From a virus: a DNA stretch of 64,000 nt. Every line of letters begins with the position of its first letter. Position 1 is the stretch's first letter. Of the stretch, positions 55,381 through 64,000 are shown one piece after another. The DNA is taken from positions 1 through 64,000 of the IMG/VR virus record IMGVR_UViG_3300027759_000002. The stretch is one strand, 5' to 3'. Below the pieces are notes generated by a model. The model was not told where the DNA came from and made no database searches. It saw only the letters and a program-made list of their open reading frames with translations. A program made the position numbers and the translations under genes.

Positions 55381-55914
55381 ATGCCAACAGTAACAGTTAG
55401 ACAACCAGCAACCGTTAGGGTAAGAATAGAAGGACAAAAATCAAGGGTCAAAACTCTATCTTACGGTACACAAACACTCAGAAGTTTAACAGACTTATCA
55501 TTAACTGGTGCAAACACCGGTGATGTGATAATTTATAACTCAGAGACAAAAACATTTAGTGCCAAAGGCCTTGGTACCGATACACCAATTCATGGTAATT
55601 TAATACCAACAGAGTCAAGAACATTCGACCTTGGTAGCAGAACAAGAAAGTTCCGAAGTCTTTACCTAAGTGGTAACACTATTGACTTGGATGGTACAGT
55701 CATTAAAGCCGAAGCAACAACTGGTGCGCTTTCATTTTCAGCTGCGCCGACAGCAGCAAATCCTAATCCTATTGCGCTTGTTGTATCACCAGTTGGTGGT
55801 CTTACACCAGTACAAACCATTGCTGGTGTAATTCCAGAAGAAGCAATTCAACGAGCAGTGGCAAACTCTATAACTTATTTGGCATTCCAGGGTGTTGATA
55901 TGGGTTTCTTTTGA
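55381..55914 (+). CDS. virion/fibre-associated protein
   Basis: LTDL...NTGDVIIYN, GNLIP..S.TFDLGS and FRSLYLSGNTI. Confidence 0.7.
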   Translation: MPTVTVRQPATVRVRIEGQKSRVKTLSYGTQTLRSLTDLSLTGANTGDVIIYNSETKTFSAKGLGTDTPIHGNLIPTESRTFDLGSRTRKFRSLYLSGNTIDLDGTVIKAEATTGALSFSAAPTAANPNPIALVVSPVGGLTPVQTIAGVIPEEAIQRAVANSITYLAFQGVDMGFF

Positions 55915-55922
55915 GATAAGTT

Positions 55923-56153
55923 ATGGCAGGATCAAATACAACAATTCAAATACTGCGTTCTTACGCAAATACGGCACCAAGTAATTTGGCTGACGGAGAA
56001 TTAGCATTTTCTTTTGTTTCCAACACTCTTTTTATTGGTAGTACCACATTAAATGTAGAAACTCAGTTGTGGAGCAATAATATTGTTAGTATAGGCGGAC
56101 CGGAGTACATTGCTAATGCAATTAGTATAATTGATGCAGGCAATTTTTCATAA
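55923..56153 (+). CDS. small protein with Mtd-N-like (tropism determinant N-terminal) motif
   Basis: TIQILRS...APSNLADGELAFS....LFIG. Confidence 0.65.
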   Translation: MAGSNTTIQILRSYANTAPSNLADGELAFSFVSNTLFIGSTTLNVETQLWSNNIVSIGGPEYIANAISIIDAGNFS

Positions 56154-56198
56154 ATAGATATAGGATTTAAATCCAACTAATCAAAAAGGATAATAATA

Positions 56199-58112
56199 AT
56201 GGCCATCGGAAACACCTCAATTCTAATCAAGCGTTCCACCACGTTAGGCACACCAGTAAGCCTACAAGCCGGTGAACTTGGTTATTCATACCTTTCAAAT
56301 ACCATTTTCATTGGTTCACCATCTGGTACAGGTGTTGTTAATGTTGGTGGTCAATACTATACCTCACAGATTGATGCAGCTACCAGTTCAAATACTGTAA
56401 GCACCATAGTTAAACGTGACGCATCTGGTAACGTTTTCTTAGGCCACGCAAACGTCAGAAGTATTAGTTTCTCTGATGGCGGCGTATTAAGTACTGGCGC
56501 TTTCTCAGGTAACGCAAACTCTGCAACACAATTTCAAACAGACAGATTTATTAATGTTACTGGTGGTGACATTACTGCTTCTGCACAGTTGTTTAATGGT
56601 ACTGCAAATGCAACATTAAGTGCATCACTTAACACTATTGCTGGTCTAACCGCTGGTGTTTATGGTGGTACATCTAACATACCAGTTGTTACTGTTGCTG
56701 CAAATGGTCGTATCATGTCCATTGCTAATACAAGTATCGCCACAGCATTGAGTATTGCTGGTGATACTGGTACAGATACAGTACACCTTGCAAATAACAC
56801 ATTGACCTTCATTGGTGGTGAAGGCATCACATCAGTAGTAACAGACAATGCAGTTTCTTTTAGTGTAGACACTACAGTTGTTCGTTCAAATACTGCATCA
56901 ATGAATCAAACGATTGATGGTAATATTACCATCAGCGGTAATCTTGCTGTTTTAGGTGATGTTACAAAATATGATGTAACAACATTGTCAACTGAAGATG
57001 CATTGATTGTTCTTGCGGCAAATAATGCAGGCGATGCAGTTGATATTGGTTTTGTTGGTTCATACAATGATGGTACGGCTCGTTCTGCTGGTTTGATTCG
57101 TCATGCTGGTGATGGTGCATATTACCTATTCGACAATTATACAGGTGATCCATCAAGTAACGTAATCAACGTTTCATCAGGAACCTTCCGCCAAGCAAAC
57201 TTGAAATCAAACTTAGTTGCTGCATGGGCAAACACAACAGTATTACAAGTTGGTACACTAACAGTTGCTGGTGCAACATCACTAAAATCATTAACATTAA
57301 CTGATGACCTAACAGTATCTAATGGTGGTACTGGCGCAAGTTCATTCACTGCTGGTTCTATCCTTGTTGGTGATGGTTCAAACTCATTAAAACTACTTGC
57401 TAATAGTACATATACCGAAACAGGTACTGGCGCACAAAATAACACCATTACTTCTGTAACTGTTGATGCATATGGTAGAACAACCGCTGCAACATTCAGT
57501 CAGATTTCTGGTCTAACAGTTGGCCAAGGTGGTACAGGACAAAGTACATTCAACGCAGGTCAGGTTGTTCTTGGTAACGGCACAGGTGGTCTAGTATCAC
57601 AAGCAAACGTTTCTGTTGTAAACGTAAACGTTGCAACATCAAACACAGTTAACAACATTACAACAGACGTATATGGTCGTGTAACAGGATTCACACAACA
57701 AGAAATTTCTGGTCTATCAGTTCCACAAGGCGGTACAGGTGCATCGACATTCACCGCTGGTAGAATGTTGGTTGGTAATGGCAACGGTGCAATTCAAGCA
57801 ATCGCTAACGTAACGTATGCATTGACTGGTACACTAGGTGCTGCTAAAACAATCACATCATTGACTGTTGATGCATACGGCCGTGTAAGTGCTGCGACTG
57901 CTGCTGATATTTCTGGTCTGACTGTAACACAAGGCGGTACTGGTGCTTCTACATTTACATCAAAGGGTATCGTATACGGCGATGGTTCAAATGCACTAGC
58001 TGTTACTGCTGCTGCAGGTTCATCCGACCAAACATGGTCTAATCAAATTCTTACAGTAACCAATGCAGGTGTTCCTATTTGGTCATCCGCTTTGGATGGA
58101 GGTCAATTCTAA
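56199..58112 (+). CDS. fibre protein with Mtd-N-like N-terminus
   Basis: ILIKRS..GTP.SL..GELGYS...IFIG and repeated LTVxQGGTG / VDAYGR modules; preceded by CATAAATA (56149-56156). Confidence 0.75.
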   Translation: MAIGNTSILIKRSTTLGTPVSLQAGELGYSYLSNTIFIGSPSGTGVVNVGGQYYTSQIDAATSSNTVSTIVKRDASGNVFLGHANVRSISFSDGGVLSTGAFSGNANSATQFQTDRFINVTGGDITASAQLFNGTANATLSASLNTIAGLTAGVYGGTSNIPVVTVAANGRIMSIANTSIATALSIAGDTGTDTVHLANNTLTFIGGEGITSVVTDNAVSFSVDTTVVRSNTASMNQTIDGNITISGNLAVLGDVTKYDVTTLSTEDALIVLAANNAGDAVDIGFVGSYNDGTARSAGLIRHAGDGAYYLFDNYTGDPSSNVINVSSGTFRQANLKSNLVAAWANTTVLQVGTLTVAGATSLKSLTLTDDLTVSNGGTGASSFTAGSILVGDGSNSLKLLANSTYTETGTGAQNNTITSVTVDAYGRTTAATFSQISGLTVGQGGTGQSTFNAGQVVLGNGTGGLVSQANVSVVNVNVATSNTVNNITTDVYGRVTGFTQQEISGLSVPQGGTGASTFTAGRMLVGNGNGAIQAIANVTYALTGTLGAAKTITSLTVDAYGRVSAATAADISGLTVTQGGTGASTFTSKGIVYGDGSNALAVTAAAGSSDQTWSNQILTVTNAGVPIWSSALDGGQF

Positions 58113-58158
58113 GCTGACTATATAATGTAATAGATTTTTTTTATGATAGGAGTTTGAT

Positions 58159-58884
58159 ATGGCAAATGAAAAGTATTTAAATTATTATATTGAAACATTA
58201 ACGGCAACAATGACAGATTGTGTTGTCCGAAATGTTTCAATGCAAGCGAATCAAAAAATTACTGATGAGGTTGTAAAAGAACAGAGTGAAAAAATTGAAG
58301 CATTGGCAAAATCCAATAATGAATTACAAACATTAATTGAACAATTGGAACAAACCAATGCATCAAATGAAAATAATGTTATACAAGATTTAAAAAACAA
58401 GTTAGCCGAAACCGAAAAACTTGTTTCTAAACAAAGTACCGACATTAATGAATTGACCAATAAACATCGTGTTGAACTTGAAGAATTAAACACAAAGTTT
58501 AGAGACTATGAAAGTGTTAAAAATCAAGCAACACATGTTGAAACGTTTAAAGGTGAATTGATTCGAGCCAGAGAAGAAACTAATAGAGTTCGTACAGAAC
58601 TTGAGAATAGAATCAACTCTATTAATTCCGAAAATACTGGAAAGATTGATGGCATTAATCAAGAAAATGAAAAGAATGTTAAACTGTTGATTCAGAAACA
58701 TGAAACTGAAAAAAGTAATTTAGATGATACGATTAAATTATTAACTGAAAAGATTGAATACTTACAACTACCTCCTGCCAAGCGAAAAAAAATTGAAGAA
58801 CAGCTGAATAAAGAAGTGGTACCAACTGCTATAACAAGTTTAGTTGGTGCTGATGGCGAACTCAAGGATGGCGGATCGTTTTAA
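58159..58884 (+). CDS. long coiled-coil protein
   Basis: 241 aa Glu/Lys/Asn-rich heptads; SD AGGAG. Confidence 0.8.
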   Translation: MANEKYLNYYIETLTATMTDCVVRNVSMQANQKITDEVVKEQSEKIEALAKSNNELQTLIEQLEQTNASNENNVIQDLKNKLAETEKLVSKQSTDINELTNKHRVELEELNTKFRDYESVKNQATHVETFKGELIRAREETNRVRTELENRINSINSENTGKIDGINQENEKNVKLLIQKHETEKSNLDDTIKLLTEKIEYLQLPPAKRKKIEEQLNKEVVPTAITSLVGADGELKDGGSF

Positions 58885-58888
58885 GTAA

Positions 58889-59368
58889 ATGTCAAACACA
58901 GCAATACAGTTAAAAAAATCAGGCGTAACAGGAAACACACCATCAGGTCTTGCATTTGGTGAGGTCGCTCTTAACTACGCCGATGGAAAACTGTTTTATA
59001 AAAACAGTCTTGGTGGAACTTCATACATCTCCAACCAATTTTCGTTTGACACAATCAACTCAAACAGCTCCCTAATATTTGCGGGAAGTGGTTCGGACAC
59101 CTTGTCTTTCATTGCTGGTAATAATGTTACCATCAGCACAAATACAACCACAAAAACAATCACAATCAATGCATCGGTATCAGGTGGAAATGACCCTGGT
59201 CCTGCGTTTGACCGTGCCAACGCTGCATATGCAGCACAAAATACAACTGCATCGTTTGCTAATGCGGCGTTCACTCATGCTAATGCAGCTTATACCAAAG
59301 CTAATACAGGAACAACAGCACTAGACACTAACTCAGACATTGTTGCTTTCACTATCGCCTTTAGTTGA
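58889..59368 (+). CDS. protein with Mtd-N-like N-terminus and Asn-heptad repeat
   Basis: IQLKKSGVTGNTPSGLAFGEVALNYADGKLFYK; ANAAY/QNTTASF repeat. Confidence 0.72.
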   Translation: MSNTAIQLKKSGVTGNTPSGLAFGEVALNYADGKLFYKNSLGGTSYISNQFSFDTINSNSSLIFAGSGSDTLSFIAGNNVTISTNTTTKTITINASVSGGNDPGPAFDRANAAYAAQNTTASFANAAFTHANAAYTKANTGTTALDTNSDIVAFTIAFS

Positions 59369-59396
59369 TGAATAAATAAAGGATAAGGAAATTTAA

Positions 59397-59723
59397 ATGG
59401 CAAATACTTTTAAAAATCAACTACAAGCAGCAGTCGGAACATCACCTACAGCAATCTATACAGCTGGTGCCAATGTATCAACGACAGTCATTGGCATGAC
59501 TATAGCAAACATACTAAACACATCAATAACCGCAAACGTCATTTTAACTTCTGGTGGGTCGGACTATTATATGGTTAAGATGGCACCAATTGATCCAGGT
59601 AATTCTTTAATTACTATTGGTGGTGAACAAAAATTAGTAATGAGAGCCAATGATATACTAAAAGTCTCAACAAGTAATGCTTCAGCAGCTGATGTTATTG
59701 TGAGTCTATTGGAAATAACATAA
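59397..59723 (+). CDS. small beta-rich virion protein
   Basis: MANTFKN...IGMTIAN...LKVS...DVIVSLLEIT; preceded by AATAAATA (59371-59378). Confidence 0.75.
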   Translation: MANTFKNQLQAAVGTSPTAIYTAGANVSTTVIGMTIANILNTSITANVILTSGGSDYYMVKMAPIDPGNSLITIGGEQKLVMRANDILKVSTSNASAADVIVSLLEIT

Positions 59724-59724
59724 C

Positions 59725-62700
59725 ATGGAATTTACTTACATTGGCAATCAAGATAAGAAGGATGTAAGGTTAGCTGGTTCATTTGCTAATGGTGCATTTG
59801 TAACTGCTAACTCAGCAGCCTCTTTTGCCAATGCGGCTTTTGCTAGGGCCAACGCAGCCTATGCACAAGCAAATACTGGTGGAAACTTTACTGCATCACC
59901 AGTATCAGTTTATTCCGATGCGTTCACCGCTAATGGTGCAACATCAACATTTAATTTAAGTACAACACCATCAAGTGAAAACTATATAATTGCGGTAGTC
60001 GATGGTATTACTCAATTAAGAAGTACATATACTGTTACAGGTAATGTAGTTTACTTTGATACCACATTTGAAAATGGTGCCAATGTTGAGATAACAACTA
60101 TCACTGGCGGTGGTGCCGTAGATCCATATGCATCAAACACTGCCAATGCAGCGTATGCAACTGCTAATGCGGCCTTTTTGCAGGCCAACAATAGTTCCAC
60201 CGATACATGGGTAAGAACACAAGCTAACACGGCATACGATAAGGCCAACTCGGCAGCTTCGTTTGCCAATGGTTCTTTTGTAGTTGCCAACTCAACATCT
60301 ATATTTGCTAATGCATCTTTCGATAGAGCCAATGCTGCTTATGCACAGGCAAATAATTCTACTGATACGTGGGTAAGAAGTCAGGCTAATAATGCATTTG
60401 ATACGGCTAATTCATCAGCATCGTTTGCCAATGCGTCCTTTGTAACCGCTAATGCATCATATCTTTCACAAAACACTACTGCAATCTTTTCTAATGCAGC
60501 CTTTGACCGTGCTAATGCGGCCTACGCACAGGCTAATAATTCAACAGATACTTGGGTAAGAGGTCAGGCTAATAATTCATACGATAAAGCCAATAGTGCT
60601 GGCAGTTTTGCTAATGGTGCATTTGTAACTGCTAACTCAGCAGCAAGTTTTGCTAACGGAGCATTCACAACATCCAATACAGCTGATAGTAAAGCAACAA
60701 GTGCTGGTTCATTTGCTAATGGTGCATTTGATAGAGCAAACTCCAGTTATACTACGGCAAATTCAGGTTCTAGTTTTGCTAATTCATCTTTTGTAACAGC
60801 CAATGCGGCAGCATCATTTGCTAATGGTGCATTTACACAAGCCAATACCGGTGTAACAATATCTAGTTTGGCTTTTAACCATGCTAATGCAGCCTATGCA
60901 CAAGCAAATACATCTGGTGGTGCGGACACTTTTGCGAGAGCACAAGCAAATGCGGCTTTTAGTACAGCCAATTTAGCATACAGTACAATTATTACAGCCA
61001 GTAATACAGCGGCATTGTATTATATCACCAGAAATTTTATTGGTGATGGTAACACAAACAACTTTTCAATTTCATCCAATACATCTGCGAATAGTATTCT
61101 TGTTTTTGATAATGGTATTACACAGAATCCAATAACGGACTATAGTGTAACAGGAAACACAATCATCTTTGTGGATACTCCAGCAAATGGAACAATAATT
61201 CAAGTACGTGAATTATTAAGTAATGTTCCTGTTGTTACTGATAATTCCAATTCAGCATTTAACAGAGCCAATTCATCATATTCAACGGCCAATGCAGCCT
61301 TTAATGCAGCCAATAACTCTACTGATACTTGGGTAAGAGGTCAGGCTAATAATGCATTTGCTGCAGCCAATTCATCCGGTAATTTTGCAAATGCATCTTT
61401 CATAACCTCCAATTCAGCCGCTGTATTTGCTAATGGTGCCTTCGATAAGGCAAATGCAGCCTTTAATGCGGCCAATAATTCCACCGATACTTGGGTCAGA
61501 ACACAAGCAAACACAGCATACACGGCAGCTAACTCAGCGGCCAGTTTTGCTAACGGTGCTTTTGTACAGGCAAACAATGCAGGTTCATTTGCTAATGGTG
61601 CTTTTGTTGGCGCCAATGCAGCTGCTTCATTCGCTAATGGTGCATTTGACCGTGCGAATTCTAGTTACGGAGTTGCAAATACTGGTTCTAGTTTTGCCAA
61701 TGGTGCATTTGTTGTTGCCAACTCAGCAGCCAGTTTTGCAAATGCATCCTTTATAGTTGCAAACTCAGCAGCATCATTTGCTAATGGTGCTTTTGTAACT
61801 GCTAATGCTTCTTACACATCACAAAATATAACTGCTGGATTTGCTAATGCATCTTATACAACAGCAAATGCAGTTTATGTATCTCAAAATATAACGGCCG
61901 GATTGGCCAATGCATCTTTTGTAACAGCTAATGCATCCTATACAGCACAAAATACTACTGCATCATTTGCTAATGGTGCTTTTGTAACTGCTAATGCATC
62001 ATATGTTGCACAGAATATCACGGCAGGTTTTGCTAATGCTGCATTTGTAACAGCTAATGCTTCTTATGCATCTCAGAATACTACAGCATCATTCGCTAAC
62101 GGTGCCTTCATAACTGCTAATGCATCTTACACATCACAAAACACCACGGCATCATTTGCTAACAGTGCCTTTGTAACTGCTAACGCAGCCTTTAATGCAG
62201 CCAACACCGGCAGTGCAGATGCATATGCAAGAAGTACAGCCAATGCAGCTTTCGTTACCGCAAACTTAGCATACAGTACAATTATTACAGCCAGTAATAC
62301 AGCTTCAGTTTATTATATAACCAGAAATTTTACTGGTGATGGTAACACGAATACATTTTCAATTTCATCTAACACAACTGCAAATAGTATACTTGTTTTT
62401 GATAATGGTATTACACAAAATCCACTAACAGATTATAGTGTAACAGGAAATACTATTACTTTTGTGGATACTCCAGCAAATGGAACAATAATTCAAGTAC
62501 GTGAATTATTAAGTAATGTTCCTGTTGTTACAGACAACTCCAATTCTGCTTTTGTTAGAGCAAACTCCGCATATGCAACAGCAAATGCTGCCTTCTTACA
62601 AGCCAATAATTCTACTGATAGTTGGGTAAGAACTCAAGCTAATAATGCATATGATAAGGCCAATAGTGCTGGCAGTTTTGCTAATGGTGCCTTCATAACT

Positions 62701-63978
62701 GCTAATGCTGCCTTTAATGCGGCCAATAACTCAACAGATACTTGGGTAAGAACACAAGCAAACGCAGCATACAATGCAGCCAATTCTGGTGCATCATTTG
62801 CTAATGGTGCCTTCATAACAGCCAATGCAGCATATGCTTGGGGCAATCATGCTTCTGCTGGATATGCAACAACAACTTATGTTGGTAATGCAATTGCAAA
62901 TCTTGTAAACTCTGCGCCAACAACGTTAGATACATTAAATGAATTGGCAACTGCGTTAGGTAACGATGCCAACTTTAGCACAACAATTGCAACATCAATA
63001 GGTGTAACCAACTCATTTGCAAACGGTGCATTTCTAAGAGCCAATGCGTCTTATATTGCACAAAATACCACAGCAACATTTGCTAATGCAGCTTTTATAA
63101 CTGCTAATGCATCATATACAGCACAAAATACAACTGCTGGATTTGCTAACGCATCTTACATAACAGCCAATTCTGGTGCATTATTTGCTAACAGTGCCTT
63201 TGTAACCGCTAATGCTTCTTATGCCTCTCAGAATACCACAGCATCATTTGCTAATGGTGCTTTCGATAAAGCAAACTCAGCTGCATCATTCGCTAACGGT
63301 GCCTTTGTAACTGCTAACGCAGCCTTCAATGCAGCTAACAATGCAACGGATCCGTGGGTTAGAAATCAAGCCAACAACGCATACAATACAGCTAACGCAG
63401 CTTTCATAGCAGCCAATACTGCCGGTGGTGCAGACACTTGGGCAAGAGCGCAAGCAAATGCGGCTTACAATAAAGCAAACACCAGTTCTACTGCAACATT
63501 AACAGGTTTTGTTGATGTGTTTACTGGCGATGGTTCAAATTCAGCATTCACTTTGTCAACAACACCAGACAGTGAAAACATAATCTTTGTTTCTGTACAA
63601 GGTGTGATGCAACCTAAAACTTCTTATAGTTTATCAGGAAACATTTTAACATTTGATTCTGTTCCACCAAACACAGCATACATTGAAGTCACAACATTAT
63701 CAGGTACAAATATAAGTTCTAGTAGTTTAATATATAGAACATATACAGGCAACAATACTGCAACAAACTTTACAGTAACCTCTGGTGTAAATGTAAACAA
63801 TTTACTTGTTGCAGAAAACGGTATTTTACAGAGACCAACTACAGACTACACAGTATCTGGTGCAAACGTAGTATTTGCAACTGCGCCTGCCACTGGTGTT
63901 GATATTCAAGTGCGTGAATTAGCAGTTACAGTATCTTCAGCTGAAACATTAAGCCCATTTTTATTAATGGGTGGATAA
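59725..63978 (+). CDS. long fibre protein with Asn-heptad stalks and repeated small beta domains
   Basis: 1417 aa; many ANxxF/Y heptads interrupted by five domains of type F.GDG....F......N.I.V..NG..Q....Y.V.GN.I.F...P..G..I.VR. Confidence 0.85.
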   Translation: MEFTYIGNQDKKDVRLAGSFANGAFVTANSAASFANAAFARANAAYAQANTGGNFTASPVSVYSDAFTANGATSTFNLSTTPSSENYIIAVVDGITQLRSTYTVTGNVVYFDTTFENGANVEITTITGGGAVDPYASNTANAAYATANAAFLQANNSSTDTWVRTQANTAYDKANSAASFANGSFVVANSTSIFANASFDRANAAYAQANNSTDTWVRSQANNAFDTANSSASFANASFVTANASYLSQNTTAIFSNAAFDRANAAYAQANNSTDTWVRGQANNSYDKANSAGSFANGAFVTANSAASFANGAFTTSNTADSKATSAGSFANGAFDRANSSYTTANSGSSFANSSFVTANAAASFANGAFTQANTGVTISSLAFNHANAAYAQANTSGGADTFARAQANAAFSTANLAYSTIITASNTAALYYITRNFIGDGNTNNFSISSNTSANSILVFDNGITQNPITDYSVTGNTIIFVDTPANGTIIQVRELLSNVPVVTDNSNSAFNRANSSYSTANAAFNAANNSTDTWVRGQANNAFAAANSSGNFANASFITSNSAAVFANGAFDKANAAFNAANNSTDTWVRTQANTAYTAANSAASFANGAFVQANNAGSFANGAFVGANAAASFANGAFDRANSSYGVANTGSSFANGAFVVANSAASFANASFIVANSAASFANGAFVTANASYTSQNITAGFANASYTTANAVYVSQNITAGLANASFVTANASYTAQNTTASFANGAFVTANASYVAQNITAGFANAAFVTANASYASQNTTASFANGAFITANASYTSQNTTASFANSAFVTANAAFNAANTGSADAYARSTANAAFVTANLAYSTIITASNTASVYYITRNFTGDGNTNTFSISSNTTANSILVFDNGITQNPLTDYSVTGNTITFVDTPANGTIIQVRELLSNVPVVTDNSNSAFVRANSAYATANAAFLQANNSTDSWVRTQANNAYDKANSAGSFANGAFITANAAFNAANNSTDTWVRTQANAAYNAANSGASFANGAFITANAAYAWGNHASAGYATTTYVGNAIANLVNSAPTTLDTLNELATALGNDANFSTTIATSIGVTNSFANGAFLRANASYIAQNTTATFANAAFITANASYTAQNTTAGFANASYITANSGALFANSAFVTANASYASQNTTASFANGAFDKANSAASFANGAFVTANAAFNAANNATDPWVRNQANNAYNTANAAFIAANTAGGADTWARAQANAAYNKANTSSTATLTGFVDVFTGDGSNSAFTLSTTPDSENIIFVSVQGVMQPKTSYSLSGNILTFDSVPPNTAYIEVTTLSGTNISSSSLIYRTYTGNNTATNFTVTSGVNVNNLLVAENGILQRPTTDYTVSGANVVFATAPATGVDIQVRELAVTVSSAETLSPFLLMGG
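60973..62553 (+). repeat. about 290-nt internal duplication in the long fibre gene
   Basis: 60973-~61260 and 62266-~62553 (offset 1293 nt) encode near-identical AYSTIITASNT...RELLSNVPVVTDNSNSAF. Confidence 0.88.
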
Positions 63979-63987
63979 GGAAAGAAC

Positions 63988-64000
63988 ATGGCAATCACAT
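63988..64000 (+). CDS. start of the next gene, truncated by the window edge
   Basis: ATG GCA ATC ACA after AAGGA SD. Confidence 0.45.

Noticed and set aside
59725-63978. CRISPR array or DGR template/variable repeats among the many repeats
   Set aside because: All repeats are in-frame coding units with synonymous variation. There are no constant repeats with unique spacers, no adenine-specific mismatch pattern and no cas or RT gene in the window.
1-64000. Stop-codon reassignment (alternative genetic code)
   Set aside because: Core genes (gp32, gp6, gp8, phoH, the VrlC-like gene) are full length in the standard code and coding density is high.

Overview
A 64 kb piece of a large, AT-rich T4-like (myovirus-type) phage genome in the standard genetic code. 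There are three transcriptional blocks. (1) 1-23408 on + holds early/middle accessory genes behind sigma70 promoters: AAA ATPases including a CobS-like one, a metallophosphoesterase, a GalE-like epimerase, a pyrimidine-dimer glycosylase-like gene and phoH. These are followed by a modification island (radical SAM/SPASM enzyme, an Asn-Cys-repeat protein, four Fe(II)/2OG-type oxygenases, a B12-type radical SAM enzyme). After the island come a PD-(D/E)XK nuclease, a circularly permuted two-piece tmRNA, a fifth oxygenase, an outer-membrane beta-barrel, a SleB-like hydrolase and the core genes gp33, gp59, a HAD nucleotidase and gp32. (2) 23457-29305 on - holds two tape-measure/hub-like genes, gp51, gp26, a tail-tube-family gene, gp2 and gp4. 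(3) 29341-64000 on + holds baseplate genes (gp48, gp53, a split gp5, gp25, gp6, gp7-like, gp8), a 2126-aa VrlC-like virion protein and many fibre genes with Asn-heptad repeats. The best leads are: the rSAM/SPASM + (NC)n protein + oxygenase cluster behind a T4-type late promoter, a candidate phage-encoded RiPP-like protein-modification system; the permuted tmRNA with tag ANDSQFALAA; and a correctly phased T-TTT-TTC slippery site that would fuse gp26 to the start-less gp51 by -1 frameshifting. All product calls come from motif recognition only; no database searches were run.
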